NCBI GenBank assembly: GCA_027064425.1
Contig: JAMOPO010000015.1
Coordinates: forward strand, 256,001-320,000
From: Methanobacteriota archaeon
GTDB lineage: Archaea; JAADCQ01; Methanopyri; Methanopyrales; Methanopyraceae
DNA: 64,000 bases
Reading direction: 5' to 3'
In this document: positions 42,106 through 52,567 of the stretch, one piece after another
Layout of the letters: each line of letters starts with the position of its first letter
Numbering within the stretch: the stretch's first letter is position 1
Translations under genes and position numbers: made by a program
Notes under the pieces: generated by a model
What the model was told of the DNA's origin: nothing
The model's input: the letters and a program-made list of their open reading frames with translations, nothing else
Database searches by the model: none

Positions 42106-43755
42106 ATGGGCGGATCCCAAGATAAAATCGTGGTGATCGGGGCCGGCCCCAACCGAATCGGGCAGGGAATCGAGTTCGACTACTGCACCGTGCACGCGGT
42201 CTGGGCCATCCAGGAGGAGGGTTACAAGGCTATCATCATCAACAACAACCCTGAGACGGTCTCCACGGACTACGACACCTCGGACAAGCTCTACTTCGAG
42301 CCCCTCACCCTGGAGGACGTGCTCAACGTTGTCGAGAAGGAGCGCCCGCTGGGCGTGCTCACCCAGTTCGGCGGTCAGACGGCCGTCAACCTGACCGTGC
42401 CGCTGGCGGAGCGCGGCGTCCGAATCCTCGGCACCGACCCGAAGGACGTGGACAAGCTGGAGGACCGGGACAAGTTCTCCAAGCTGCTTAAGCGCCTGGG
42501 CATCCCGCAGCCCGAGAGCGGGACGGCCCGCGAGCCGGAGGAGGCGGTGGAGATCGCGGAGCAGATCGGGTACCCGGTTCTCGTCCGTCCGTCCTACGTG
42601 ATCGGTGGCCGGGCCATGGAGATCGTGTACGATGAGGAGGAGCTGCGGCGGTACATCGAGGAGGCCGCGCGCGTCTCGCCCGAGCACCCGATCCTCATCG
42701 ACAAGTTCGTTGAGGGCGGGATCGAGTGCGAGATCGACGGTGCGCGCGACGAGGCCGGCAACCTCCTCATCCCGCAGATCATGGAGCACATCGAGGAGGC
42801 GGGCGTGCACTCGGGCGACTCGGCGTGCGTGGTCCCGCCGCAGACGCTGCCCGAGCACGTGCAGGAGACGATCCTCGAGTACGCGCACGACATCGCCGAG
42901 GCGGCCAACGTGATCGGCCTGATCAACATCCAGTTCGTGTACGACCCGGAGGACGACACCGTCTACGTGATCGAGGCGAACCCGCGGGCCAGCCGAACGG
43001 TCCCGTTCATCAGCAAGGCCACCGGGGCACCCCTGGCCAAGATCGCCACGAAGGCGATCCTCGGCCGCGAGATCCCGGACATCATGGAGGAGATGGGGCT
43101 GGAATACCCGGGCGATGCCCGGACCTTCGACCTCGACATCGTCGCCGTGAAGGAGGCCGTCTTCTCCTTCGAGAAGTGGCCGGGCGTGGACCCAGTTCTC
43201 GGCCCGGAGATGAAGTCGACGGGCGAGGTGATGGGCATCGACCGCACCTTCGGCGCGGCCTACTGGAAGGCCCAGCTGGCCGCCGGCCACGAGCTGCCGC
43301 TGGAGGGGACGGTCGTCATCTCCGTCGCCGATCGGGACAAGCCGGAGATCGTGCCCGTGGCCCGGAAGCTCGAGGAGCTCGGGTTCGACCTGCTCGCCAC
43401 CCGCGGAACGGCCCGGTTCCTGCGAGACCACGGGATCGAGTGCGAGGTCGTGAAGAAGGTCTCCGAGGGGCACCCGAACGTCGTCGACCTGATCCGCGAG
43501 GGCGAGGTCGACCTCGTGATCAACACGCCCACTCAGGGCAAGGACGCGCGCCGCGACGGCTACGCGATCCGGCGCGCCGCGGTCAAGTTTAAGGTCCCGT
43601 ACATCACCACCGTCGCCGCCGCCAAGGCCGCCGTCGAGGCGATCGAGCTGGTCAAGAAGAAGGGAGTCGCCGTGAACTGCCTGCACGACCTGCACGACGG
43701 GACCTGGGCCCCGAAGCGCGTCAGCCCGAAGGAGCTCCGGGGGGCCTCCGAATGA
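42106..43755 (+). CDS. carB: Carbamoyl-phosphate synthase large subunit, C-terminal half (split CarB)
   Basis: GAGPNRIGQGIEFDYC, EHIEEAGVHSGD, LGPEMKSTGE, MGS domain; one ATP-grasp only. Confidence 0.93.
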   Translation: MGGSQDKIVVIGAGPNRIGQGIEFDYCTVHAVWAIQEEGYKAIIINNNPETVSTDYDTSDKLYFEPLTLEDVLNVVEKERPLGVLTQFGGQTAVNLTVPLAERGVRILGTDPKDVDKLEDRDKFSKLLKRLGIPQPESGTAREPEEAVEIAEQIGYPVLVRPSYVIGGRAMEIVYDEEELRRYIEEAARVSPEHPILIDKFVEGGIECEIDGARDEAGNLLIPQIMEHIEEAGVHSGDSACVVPPQTLPEHVQETILEYAHDIAEAANVIGLINIQFVYDPEDDTVYVIEANPRASRTVPFISKATGAPLAKIATKAILGREIPDIMEEMGLEYPGDARTFDLDIVAVKEAVFSFEKWPGVDPVLGPEMKSTGEVMGIDRTFGAAYWKAQLAAGHELPLEGTVVISVADRDKPEIVPVARKLEELGFDLLATRGTARFLRDHGIECEVVKKVSEGHPNVVDLIREGEVDLVINTPTQGKDARRDGYAIRRAAVKFKVPYITTVAAAKAAVEAIELVKKKGVAVNCLHDLHDGTWAPKRVSPKELRGASE

Positions 43756-44627
43756 TCGTCCTCGCCACGGCCGAGGGGGCCCGGCTCGCCCGGCGGCTGG
43801 CCGACGTTCTGGACGCGGAGCTCGCACCCATCGAGGAGGACCGGTTCCCCGACGGTGAGCAGATCGTGCGGGTCCCGCCGGAGCTGGACGGGACGGTCAT
43901 CGTCGTTCACTCCATGGTCCCGCCCCAGGACGAGAACTTCCTCAAGTGCCTCATCGCCCTCGACGCCGCCCGCGAGAACGGGGCCGACCGCGTCATCGCC
44001 GTCGTGCCCTACGTGGCCTACTCGCGGCAGGACAAGCGCTTCGAGCCCGGCGAGCCCGTCTCCTTCCGCGCCGTGGCCCGCGCCATCTCCGCCAACGCCG
44101 ACGCGTTCGTGACCGTCGACCTCCACGAGCCCAGCACGCTCGAGTTCTTCGACGTTCCAGCCGAAAACGCGACCGCGGCCGAAGAGATCGGGAAGTACCT
44201 GCGCGAGCGGTTCGACGGGGAGGAGCTCGCGGTCATCGCCCCGGACGAGGGCGCCCGGGAGCTGGCGGAGCGCACCGCCTCCGTCTGCGACGCGGAGCAC
44301 GACCACCTCGAGAAGGAGCGGATCAGCGGCGAGGAGGTGAGGATCTACCCCAAGGAGTTGGACGTCGAGGGCAAGACGGTGGTCATTGTGGACGACATGA
44401 TCGACACGGGCGGCACCATGATCGAGGCCGCCAAGGCGCTGAAGGAGCAGGGTGCGGAGGAGCTCTACGCGGCCTGCACGCACGCGCTGCTCACCCGGAA
44501 CGCGGCCTCCCGACTGCTGGCGGCAGGGTTCAAGGACATCATCGCCACGGACACGGTGCCCACACCGTACGAGCGGGTCAGCGTCGCCGAGCCCGTCTCG
44601 GAGGCGATCGACCGGCTGCCGGAGTAA
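43752..44627 (+). CDS. prs: Ribose-phosphate pyrophosphokinase
   Basis: FPDGE, YSRQD, PDEGA, DDMIDTGGT. Confidence 0.95.
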   Translation: MIVLATAEGARLARRLADVLDAELAPIEEDRFPDGEQIVRVPPELDGTVIVVHSMVPPQDENFLKCLIALDAARENGADRVIAVVPYVAYSRQDKRFEPGEPVSFRAVARAISANADAFVTVDLHEPSTLEFFDVPAENATAAEEIGKYLRERFDGEELAVIAPDEGARELAERTASVCDAEHDHLEKERISGEEVRIYPKELDVEGKTVVIVDDMIDTGGTMIEAAKALKEQGAEELYAACTHALLTRNAASRLLAAGFKDIIATDTVPTPYERVSVAEPVSEAIDRLPE

Positions 44628-44638
44628 ACCTTAAAATC
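44625..44638 (+). promoter_or_regulatory. TATA promoter of tRNA-Ser
   Basis: TAAACCTTAAAATC about 30 nt upstream of the tRNA. Confidence 0.65.
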
Positions 44639-44667
44639 GCGCGGTTGATGGGCAGGTCCCGGAGGGA

Positions 44668-44758
44668 GCCGGGGCGGCCGAGCCCGGTCCAAGGCGCGGG
44701 ACTGCTAATCCCGTGGCCCGTATGGGCCGCCCGGGTTCAAATCCCGGCCCCGGCGCCA
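44668..44758 (+). tRNA. tRNA-Ser(GCT), long variable arm, C8, encoded CCA
   Basis: GCCGGGG-C-GGCCGAGCCCGG..CGGGA-CTGCTAA-TCCCG, variable arm GGCCC-GTAT-GGGCC, GGTTCAAATCC, G73-CCA. Confidence 0.95.
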
Positions 44759-44804
44759 GCCGGTATCGTTACGCGTCACATAACGGTTCTGGGGGCCTCG
44801 CGAG

Positions 44805-45068
44805 ATGGCCCTCGAGGTGGGCGACTACGCCCGGTACGTCCGCACCGGCACCGTCGGTAAGATCGTCGACGTGAAGGAGGAGGGCGGCACGCGCTGGTAC
44901 AAGCTCGACTCGACGGGCCTGTACTACCGCGAGGATCAGCTCGAGCGGGTTGACGAGGTGAAGCGGAAGGAGCGGGAGGAGAGCGTGGAGGAGTTCCTCC
45001 AAAAACTGCGAGAGCTCGAGGAGGCGTTCCAGGAGGCGGACGATCGGGTCTGCGAGGGAGGCGGCTGA
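44805..45068 (+). CDS. DUF2098-like methanogen protein
   Basis: VGDYARYVRTGTVGKIVD...LYY, C-terminal CEGGG. Confidence 0.75.
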   Translation: MALEVGDYARYVRTGTVGKIVDVKEEGGTRWYKLDSTGLYYREDQLERVDEVKRKEREESVEEFLQKLRELEEAFQEADDRVCEGGG

Positions 45069-45320
45069 TCACCCGCGCTCCTGCCGGAACCGGATCTTGT
45101 CCTCATCCACCAGGATGTACTTACCCACGGCGAGCACGGAGCTCCAGGGCACCTCCACGAACCCACGCCCTCCCTTTTTCTTCGCGTAGTCCTTTGAGGG
45201 CTCGACGATCAGCGCCCGAATGCACTTGTCCCTCCAGGCCAGCTCCACCTCGGCGACCACGCCCAGATCGTTGCCCTTGTTCGTGATCACCTGCTTCCGG
45301 AGGAGGTCAGAGACCTTCAT
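45069..45320 (-). CDS. PRC-barrel domain protein
   Basis: SDLLRKQVITNKG..LG.V, VPWSSVLAVGKYILV. Confidence 0.82.
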   Translation of the reverse strand: MKVSDLLRKQVITNKGNDLGVVAEVELAWRDKCIRALIVEPSKDYAKKKGGRGFVEVPWSSVLAVGKYILVDEDKIRFRQERG

Positions 45321-45331
45321 CTCCCCCTTCT

Positions 45332-45964
45332 TCAACTTCGCCAAAGATTGAGCACCCCCTCGGCGCGCCTGAGGTCTGTCGCGGTGTTGACGTTGCACGC
45401 GAGCCGGGGGTCATCAATTACCACCCTCCTCTCCGCGGTCTCACCGACTCCACCCACCACGTTGATCCCCGCGGGGACCGCCCGCACGCCGGCCACCTCG
45501 GTCTGGTACCGACCCCATAGACTGAACCCCATCCTCTTAACCCTCCGCACCGGCACCCAGACCGACAGCGATGGGTCCGGAGCCGCCGCCCACAGTCGAA
45601 TGACCCGCTCGACCAGCCCCGGCGTCAGGGCGGGGAGGTCGGCCCCCACCGTCAGGGCGGGCGCGCCCGACCGGGAGAGCGCCTCACGGAGGTCGCGAAC
45701 GTATCCCTCCCCCCCGGTGAGCAAGATCTTGGCTCCCCAGGACTCGGCCAGCTCCCGCGTGAGCTCGTGGCGCGGGGTGGTGACCACGTACACCCGGGAC
45801 ACGAGCGGGCACGCGGAGACCGCGCGCAGGACCCTGACCAGCATGGGCTCACCCAGGACCTTTACCGCGGGTTTTTCAACCCCTCCCATCCGCCGCGCCC
45901 GGCCCCCGGCCATCACCAGGGCAGGAAGCTCAGGATGATCCCACTCAACACCCTCGACAGCCAT
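45332..45964 (-). CDS. cobY: Adenosylcobinamide-phosphate guanylyltransferase
   Basis: MAGGRARRMGGVEKP, G.GYV.DL, NVNT..DL; downstream of cobS; start approximate. Confidence 0.85.
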   Translation of the reverse strand: MAVEGVEWDHPELPALVMAGGRARRMGGVEKPAVKVLGEPMLVRVLRAVSACPLVSRVYVVTTPRHELTRELAESWGAKILLTGGEGYVRDLREALSRSGAPALTVGADLPALTPGLVERVIRLWAAAPDPSLSVWVPVRRVKRMGFSLWGRYQTEVAGVRAVPAGINVVGGVGETAERRVVIDDPRLACNVNTATDLRRAEGVLNLWRS

Positions 45965-46620
45965 ACCGAAGCACCCAGCACGTCCCCGTTCACACCTCCC
46001 AGAACCCGGTTCGCCAGGTCCAGGGAGACCCAGGCGGAGGCGAGCGCGCACAGCGCGCAGATCAACGTCGCCTCCGGCGAGTAAGGCAGGGAAACGAGCA
46101 CGGACACGACGCCACCGAGCAGCACCTGACCGGCGTCAACGTGCTCCGTGAAAACCCGGCCGGAGACGCTGTACTCCGGTGGCTCTCCCGCCGCGGCCAG
46201 CGGCAGCGCCGAGTACTGAGCCCACACCTCCATCGGGACGAGAGCGTAGAACGGGACCGAGGAGAGGCACGCCGACAGCGCGATCAGGGCCAGCGCGCCG
46301 GCGGCCAGCCCTCCCACCCCGACGCGCGCGTCTTTCATCGCCCGCTCCGGCTCTCCGCCCGCCATCCAGGCTAGGACCGCGTCCCCCAGGTCGACCAGTC
46401 CGTCCAGGCGCTGCGCGCCCTCCAGCAGGACGATCGCACCGACCGTCACGGGACCCGCGGCCGGGCTGCTCCGGAGTAGCCAGGCCACCACTCCCGCGAT
46501 CAGGCCGCTGATCAGGCCGACGGTTGGCAGCCCCAGCCACGCGTTCCTGCCGATCTCCTCCGGCTCCGGGTGGGGTCCGAGCGGGAGGATCGTCAGGAAG
46601 CGGATCGCGCCCAGCGGCAC
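45913..46620 (-). CDS. cobS: Adenosylcobinamide-GDP ribazoletransferase
   Basis: [33 protein letters not shown]. Confidence 0.9.
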   Translation of the reverse strand: MPLGAIRFLTILPLGPHPEPEEIGRNAWLGLPTVGLISGLIAGVVAWLLRSSPAAGPVTVGAIVLLEGAQRLDGLVDLGDAVLAWMAGGEPERAMKDARVGVGGLAAGALALIALSACLSSVPFYALVPMEVWAQYSALPLAAAGEPPEYSVSGRVFTEHVDAGQVLLGGVVSVLVSLPYSPEATLICALCALASAWVSLDLANRVLGGVNGDVLGASVWLSRVLSGIILSFLPW

Positions 46621-46633
46621 GGTCGGTGCCCCC

Positions 46634-47704
46634 TCACTCCCTCTTAAAGGCCGCCGCCATCGCCCCTCCGATCAGTCCGGCCAGGACGTCGTCGAGCGTG
46701 AGCCACCGCTCGTCCACCTCGCTCAAAATCCCGGGCTTCCGCTCGTCGTACCGGCGGAAGTTGAAGAGCCCTGCGTACCCGCCCAGCTCCATCGCCACGA
46801 ACTGGCCGAGCACCTCATCGAAGTAGATCCAGCCCGGGTCCTCCTCGACCCCTTCGCACTCCTCCGGGTACGCTCCCAGACGCAGGAACCGGTCCAGCAC
46901 CACGGCCGCGAAGACGGCCAGGGCGACGTTGGGGTTCCGCAGGGCGCGCTCGAGCTCCTCGCGCACCCGCTTCTCGTGCTCCTTCGACCACTCGCCCACG
47001 AAGAGCTCGCGGCCCGCCTCGACGAGGTCGTCCAGGGTGATCCCCTCCCGCTCCAGCAGCTCGATGACCGGCGGGTTGGGCGGGTACCCCGCGCGCTCGG
47101 CCGCGACGATCACCGCCTCCTCCACGGCGTCCATCAACCGCTCCCCGAGCTCCGTGGCGGGGCCGCAGAACACGTCCCGGTGCTCGCCCGGAGGGCACGC
47201 CACGAGGACGGAGTCCGTGGTCGTGCCGAGGCAGGGCCCCTCGTTGCCCAGCGCCAGCCTGAGGACCGCGTGGCACTTGGCCTCCACCGCCCACGCGAGC
47301 GCCTCGACCAGCGAGCGGCGGGAGAGGGGCCGCCCCACGACGACGATCACGTTCACGGTGCTCGGGGAGCACTCGCCCGGCTTCGTCCGGGAGCAGTAGG
47401 CGTTGCTGAACCCGGCCGTTGCCAGCGCGAAAACGTCACCTTTTTGAACCGTCGCCGCCAGGCCGACGTCCGCCGCGGTCAGGAAGGCGACAGCTTCTTC
47501 CGGGTCCACCCCGAGCTCCTCCAGCCGCTCCCGCACGTAGGACTTCGGGTCCTCGTGCGACCATCCCTTACCGACTCGCAGGTTCACGATCCACCTCGCG
47601 CGCCCGACCCCGCGGGAGTAGAAGGCACTCGAAACGTACTTCACCGGGTGGTCAAACTCTACAATGACGGCCCGCTCGTCCTTGATCACGTGGAAGAACT
47701 CCAA
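46634..47704 (-). CDS. cbiS: Bifunctional adenosylcobinamide amidohydrolase / alpha-ribazole-phosphate phosphatase (CbiZ-CobZ fusion)
   Basis: N-terminal CbiZ motifs (FLTAA, ATAG.SN, TVN, GTTTD, GP.TELG) fused to the CobZ-type motif FNFRRYD..KPGIL...LDD. Confidence 0.85.
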   Translation of the reverse strand: MEFFHVIKDERAVIVEFDHPVKYVSSAFYSRGVGRARWIVNLRVGKGWSHEDPKSYVRERLEELGVDPEEAVAFLTAADVGLAATVQKGDVFALATAGFSNAYCSRTKPGECSPSTVNVIVVVGRPLSRRSLVEALAWAVEAKCHAVLRLALGNEGPCLGTTTDSVLVACPPGEHRDVFCGPATELGERLMDAVEEAVIVAAERAGYPPNPPVIELLEREGITLDDLVEAGRELFVGEWSKEHEKRVREELERALRNPNVALAVFAAVVLDRFLRLGAYPEECEGVEEDPGWIYFDEVLGQFVAMELGGYAGLFNFRRYDERKPGILSEVDERWLTLDDVLAGLIGGAMAAAFKRE

Positions 47705-47733
47705 CCGGACGAACCCCCGAGGGGGTCGGCCGC

Positions 47734-50727
47734 GTGGCCGAGTCCGAGCGGCCTGAGGACGCCGGCAAGGAGTACACCACCATTTCTGAAATCTCCGGAC
47801 CGCTGATGGTCGTCGAGGGTGTCGAGGGAGCCAAGTACGGGGAGGTGGTGGAGGTCGAGCTGCCCACGGGCGAGGTTCGACGCGGTCAGGTCCTAGAGGC
47901 CCGAGAGAACGCCGCCGTCGTGCAGGTCTTCGAGGGCACGTCCGGAATCGACGCCACCTCGACCAAGGTCCGGTTCACCGGTGAGACGCTTAAGATCCCG
48001 GTGTCCACGGACCTGCTGGGTCGCATCCTTAACGGTCGTGGAGAGCCCATTGATGGCGGCCCCGAGATCGTCCCGGAGGACGAGCTGGACATTCACGGCT
48101 CCCCGATCAACCCGGCCGCGCGCAAGTACCCGAGCGACTTCATCCAGACGGGCATCTCCGCGATCGACGGCATGAACACCCTGGTGCGCGGTCAGAAGCT
48201 GCCGATCTTCTCCGGCTCCGGTCTACCGCACAACGAGCTCGCCGCCCAGATCGCCCGGCAGGCCACGGTGCCCGGTGAGGAGGAAGAGTTCGCGGTCGTC
48301 TTCGCCGCGATGGGAATCACGCACGAGGAGGCGGCCTTCTTCCGCCGAGAGTTCGAGGAGACCGGCGCCCTAGACCGGGCCGTACTGATCCTGAACCTCG
48401 CGGACGACCCGGCGATGGAGCGGATCATCACGCCGCGAATCGCCCTGACCATCGCCGAGTACCTGGCCTTCGAGCAGGACATGCACGTGCTGGTCATCCT
48501 GACGGACATGACGAACTACTGCTTCGCGCCCGGCACCAGGGTGATCACCGCGTCCGGCGACGTCGTCGAGATCGATGAGATCGTCGAGAGGGCCGTCGAA
48601 ACCGCCGTCGACGGCGGTCTGAAGGAGGGGTCAACGGAGGTTACCGTCGGGGTGACCGACGTCAAGACCCTGGCGTCGTGGAACGGCGATCTGACCACCA
48701 ACGACGTGGTGGCCGTGGAGAAGATCGAGGCCCCGAACCGCGCCGTCAGGGTGAAGACGAGGAGCGGCGCCGAGCTGGTGGTGTCCGAGGACCACAAGTT
48801 CCTGGTGGACACGGAGGACGGCCCCAGGATGGTCGAGGCGTCCGAGCTGAAGCCCGGCGACGAGCTGTACTCCGTGAGGGAGCTCCGGGTCAGCGAGAGG
48901 GTCCCAACGTACCTGGAGCTGCTCCTGGAGGCGGAGGACGAGTTCTACGTGCACCCGACCGAGGAGTTCGAGGAGGCCGTGGCCGAGCGGTACGGGAGCC
49001 TGGCCGAAGCGTGCCGGGAGAAGGAAATCCCGTACAGGGCCAGGGAGGCCAAGGGGCGGAGGTACTACGAGCTGTCCGAGTTCGCCAGGCTGGCGACGGC
49101 CGTGACCGAGAGCGTTGACGAGGCCACGGAGTACATCGACTACGTGACCGCCGGAGGCAGGAAGAAGGTCAGGTTCGCGTCGCCGAGGCCCGGAGAGGAG
49201 GTGATGTACGTCGCCGGATTGGTGGCGTCGGACGGGACCGTGGACACCGACCGAGGGTTCGTGATGTTCTCGAACACGGAGGAGGAGCTGCTGTCGGCGT
49301 TCGAGGAGATCGTGGCGGAGGAGTTCGCCGTCGACGCCCTCGAGACGGAGAACCAGAACGGCGTGACGATGCTCCGGGTCAACAGCCGCGTACTCGCCCG
49401 GGTGTTCGAGAGGCTCGCGGACCCGAAGACGGTCCTGAAGATGCCCCGGGAGCTCGTCGCCGCTTACCTGGCAGGCTACGTGGACGGCGACGGTCACCTG
49501 AAGGACGGCAAGATCGTGATCACCACGGCCGACAGGGAGCGAGCAGGGGACCTACAGCTCCTGCTGAAGAGGCTCGGAGTGCCGAGCGTGCTGCGCGAGA
49601 GGGACGGCGTCTACGACGTTATCGTGACCGGTCACGACGCCGCGGAGCTGGCCGAGGAGCTGCCGCTGAGGCACCCGCGGAAGGCGAAGGCCGCGGCGTC
49701 GATGTCACCCGGACGGAGGTCATCCAGGTTCGACCGGGTGTCGCGCAGGTTCGGCAGGCTGCTCCGGGAGGTTAGGAGGAAGTACGGCGTCAGGGCCTCG
49801 GACCTGGGGCCGTCCAGCACGATCTCGCAGATCGAGAGCGGTGAGAGGCGCGCGACCCGGCGCCTCGCGCTGAGGATCGTGGAGAGGCTAGAGGAGATCG
49901 TCGGCGACGTCGAGGAGGTCCGTGAGCTGCGGAGGCTGGCGGAGGGTAACTACGTGCTGGACGAGGTGGTGGAGGTGGAGACCGTGGAGTACGAGCACGA
50001 CTACCTGTACGACGTGACCGTGATCCCCGACCACACCCTGGTGGTGGAGAACGGCATCATCACCTCGAACTGCGAGGCCCTGCGTGAGATCTCGGCGGCG
50101 CGCGAGGAGGTGCCCGGTCGACGCGGCTACCCGGGTTACATGTACACGGACCTGGCCACCATCTACGAGCGGGCCGGCTGCATCCGGGGCCGGAAGGGCT
50201 CGATCACCCAGATGCCCATCCTGACGATGCCGCACGACGACATCACGCACCCGATCCCGGACCTGACGGGCTACATCACCGAGGGCCAGATCGTGCTGAG
50301 CCGGGACCTGCACCGGCGCGGCATCTACCCGCCGATCGACGTGCTGCCGTCGCTCTCGCGGCTGATGGACGAGGGCATCGGGCCCGGTAAGACGCGGGAG
50401 GACCACGCGGACCTGGCGAACCAGCTGTACGCCGCCTACGCGGAGGGCCGAGACCTGCGCGATCTGGTGGCGGTGGTCGGAGAGGAGGCGCTGACGGAGC
50501 GAGACCGGAAGTTCCTGAAGTTCGCGGACGAGTTCGAGCAGAAGTTCGTGAAGCAGGGGCGCGACGAGAACCGGGACATCGAGGAGACGCTGGACCTGGG
50601 CTGGGAGCTGCTCTCGATCCTGCCGGAGCGTGAGCTGAAGCGAGTCAGTGAGGAGTACATCAAGAAGTACCACCCGAAGTACCGGGAGAAGAGGGAGGAG
50701 GGAGAGTCCGAGGAGTCGGAGGAGTAA
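47734..50727 (+). CDS. atpB: A/V-type ATP synthase subunit B, intein-containing
   Basis: [24 protein letters not shown]|C..N|[20 protein letters not shown]. Confidence 0.96.
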   Translation: MAESERPEDAGKEYTTISEISGPLMVVEGVEGAKYGEVVEVELPTGEVRRGQVLEARENAAVVQVFEGTSGIDATSTKVRFTGETLKIPVSTDLLGRILNGRGEPIDGGPEIVPEDELDIHGSPINPAARKYPSDFIQTGISAIDGMNTLVRGQKLPIFSGSGLPHNELAAQIARQATVPGEEEEFAVVFAAMGITHEEAAFFRREFEETGALDRAVLILNLADDPAMERIITPRIALTIAEYLAFEQDMHVLVILTDMTNYCFAPGTRVITASGDVVEIDEIVERAVETAVDGGLKEGSTEVTVGVTDVKTLASWNGDLTTNDVVAVEKIEAPNRAVRVKTRSGAELVVSEDHKFLVDTEDGPRMVEASELKPGDELYSVRELRVSERVPTYLELLLEAEDEFYVHPTEEFEEAVAERYGSLAEACREKEIPYRAREAKGRRYYELSEFARLATAVTESVDEATEYIDYVTAGGRKKVRFASPRPGEEVMYVAGLVASDGTVDTDRGFVMFSNTEEELLSAFEEIVAEEFAVDALETENQNGVTMLRVNSRVLARVFERLADPKTVLKMPRELVAAYLAGYVDGDGHLKDGKIVITTADRERAGDLQLLLKRLGVPSVLRERDGVYDVIVTGHDAAELAEELPLRHPRKAKAAASMSPGRRSSRFDRVSRRFGRLLREVRRKYGVRASDLGPSSTISQIESGERRATRRLALRIVERLEEIVGDVEEVRELRRLAEGNYVLDEVVEVETVEYEHDYLYDVTVIPDHTLVVENGIITSNCEALREISAAREEVPGRRGYPGYMYTDLATIYERAGCIRGRKGSITQMPILTMPHDDITHPIPDLTGYITEGQIVLSRDLHRRGIYPPIDVLPSLSRLMDEGIGPGKTREDHADLANQLYAAYAEGRDLRDLVAVVGEEALTERDRKFLKFADEFEQKFVKQGRDENRDIEETLDLGWELLSILPERELKRVSEEYIKKYHPKYREKREEGESEESEE
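48520..50070 (+). mobile_element. 517-aa intein with LAGLIDADG homing endonuclease and an XRE-like HTH
   Basis: Begins CFAPGT, ends YDVTV..GIITSN followed by Cys; [10 protein letters not shown] and [10 protein letters not shown] motifs; removal restores TNY-CEALRE. Confidence 0.95.
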
Positions 50728-50769
50728 TCCCCTCCCCCTCACCACCGCGCCCTCCGGGGGCGCCCCGGG

Positions 50770-51474
50770 ATGACGCAGCAGGACATCCTCGAGGACGTGA
50801 ACCCGACGCGGATGGAGCTGCTCAAGCTCAAGGACCGCATCGAGCTGGCCAAGAAGGGACACAAGCTGCTCAAGGAGAAGCGAGACGCGCTGATCATGGA
50901 GTTCTTCGACCTGGTGAAGAAGGCCTCCGAAGTGCGAGAGAAGGCCATTGAGAAGCTCATGAAGGCCTACGAGAAGCTCGCCGCGGCCAAGACCACGGTC
51001 GGCACGACGGGCGTGAAGTGCGCGTCGATGGCCTCCGCCGAGGAGGTTCGGGTCGACATCGGCTCCCGTAACGTCATGGGCGTCGTCGTCCCCATCATCG
51101 AGCGCGTGAGCGAGGACGGTGGAACTCAGGTCGCCTACGGATTCGCGGACACGTCCGGCGCCCTGGACGAGGCCGTGCGCGCGTTCCGCGAGGCGTTGGA
51201 CGCGGTCCTGGAGCTGGCCGAGATTGAGGAAACCCTGCGCCTGATGGCGGAGGAGATCGAGCGGACCAAGCGGCGCGTGAACGCGCTGGAACACATCGTG
51301 ATCCCGCGGCTGGAGAACACGGAGAAGTACATCGAGATGAAGCTCGACGAGCAGGAGCGCGAGAACTTCGTGCGGCTCAAGCGAGTGAAGAGCATGCTCG
51401 AGGAGCGCCGGGCCGAAGAGATCGAGCGGGAGCTCCGAGAGGCCGGAGCCGAGCTGCCGGAGCTTGAGAAGTAG
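50770..51474 (+). CDS. atpD: A/V-type ATP synthase subunit D
   Basis: PTRMEL, GHKLLKEKRDAL, TKRRVNALE. Confidence 0.95.
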   Translation: MTQQDILEDVNPTRMELLKLKDRIELAKKGHKLLKEKRDALIMEFFDLVKKASEVREKAIEKLMKAYEKLAAAKTTVGTTGVKCASMASAEEVRVDIGSRNVMGVVVPIIERVSEDGGTQVAYGFADTSGALDEAVRAFREALDAVLELAEIEETLRLMAEEIERTKRRVNALEHIVIPRLENTEKYIEMKLDEQERENFVRLKRVKSMLEERRAEEIERELREAGAELPELEK

Positions 51475-51486
51475 GGGAGGAGCGCG

Positions 51487-51864
51487 TTGGTCTTCGTGAC
51501 CGTGGCCAAGCGGAAGGTGGCCGAGCGCGTCCGCGAGCAGAAGGAGCCCTACGACTTCAAGACGGACGTCTTCGAGGGCAAGTTCCAGCCCCTCATCGCC
51601 GCCGAGGACGTGACGGTCGAGGAGGGCGAGGACCTGATTATCAAGGTGGAGCCCGTCGAGATCCCGCCGCACACGATGGTCCTCCTGTCGCCGTACGCTC
51701 GGAACCCCTACGGCCACGTGATCGCGGTGGGTGAGGAGCACCCGAAGATGATGGAACTGGGCCGGAAGGTGGACCGGGTCTACTTCGCCGCCGTCCGGCA
51801 CGGTAGGATCCGGAAGGGTGACGTCTTGGGCGTGCTCATCCTGGTCGACCTGAGAGGTGAGTGA
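51487..51864 (+). CDS. DUF22 family protein
   Basis: PLIAAEDV, YARNPYGHV, GRIRKGDVLG; follows atpD. Confidence 0.75.
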   Translation: MVFVTVAKRKVAERVREQKEPYDFKTDVFEGKFQPLIAAEDVTVEEGEDLIIKVEPVEIPPHTMVLLSPYARNPYGHVIAVGEEHPKMMELGRKVDRVYFAAVRHGRIRKGDVLGVLILVDLRGE

Positions 51865-51867
51865 GGG

Positions 51868-52326
51868 TTGCGCGACACCCCCTCCTCCAACAACGACTCC
51901 CTCGATCGCAAGCTGCTCCAGGAGATCCTCCGGATTAACCGTCACCTCCCGCGCCGCCGAAAGACCCTGGCCGAGCTCCTCGAGGAGGAGCGGCCCCACG
52001 TCGTCAACCGGGACGGGACGAAGCACTACTTCAAGCGGGAGGAGCTCGACCGGCTCGCCGAGATCCTGCCCAAGTACCTCCACGGCCGGCTGAAACTGCC
52101 CATCCTCATCGAGCTGGGCTACTCGGGCACGGCCATCGTCCGCGGGAAGGCCGAGGTTCGCGTCGTCTGCGAGATCCTGGGGGAAGAGTGGAAGTTCGGC
52201 CAGGAGAGGGTGGAGCTGAACTACCTGGACGTCCGGAAGGTGCGGCGGGAGCTGCCCACGACGACCCAGTACATGTTCAGCACGGAGCACCTGAAGCGGG
52301 TGAACCGCGTTGAGAGAGGAAGATAA
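51868..52326 (+). CDS. DUF61 family protein
   Basis: INRHLP..RKTL.ELL.E, RDG..H.F, LKLPI, TTTQY.F. Confidence 0.82.
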   Translation: MRDTPSSNNDSLDRKLLQEILRINRHLPRRRKTLAELLEEERPHVVNRDGTKHYFKREELDRLAEILPKYLHGRLKLPILIELGYSGTAIVRGKAEVRVVCEILGEEWKFGQERVELNYLDVRKVRRELPTTTQYMFSTEHLKRVNRVERGR

Positions 52327-52450
52327 GCGGCGGCTGCTGGCGCTCGTGGTCCGGATCGCACCGCTGGCCGCCACGATCACGCTCGTCCTGGGCTTCATCG
52401 TCCTGGTTTTGCTCCTTCTGACCGGGCACGCGAAGTTGCCCGGACGCTGA
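52310..52450 (+). CDS. Small single-TM protein (46 aa), absent from the ORF track
   Basis: GGGTGA SD then TTG; MREEDKRRLLALVVRIAPLAATITLVLGFIVLVLLLLTGHAKLPGR; exactly fills the gap before the histone promoter. Confidence 0.6.
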   Translation: MREEDKRRLLALVVRIAPLAATITLVLGFIVLVLLLLTGHAKLPGR

Positions 52451-52567
52451 TTCGGTTAGATCTGATCACCCCCAATACCGACGGGATGCACCCAAAACCT
52501 AAAGAACCCTGATCTACCGAACGTACCGGACCCTGGCCCACGAACACCCGATCGGGGGGAAATCCCG

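Noticed and set aside
44668-44758. tRNA-Sec candidate because of the long variable arm and nearby Sec genes
   Set aside because: Anticodon is GCT with a standard 7-bp acceptor stem, so it is tRNA-Ser.
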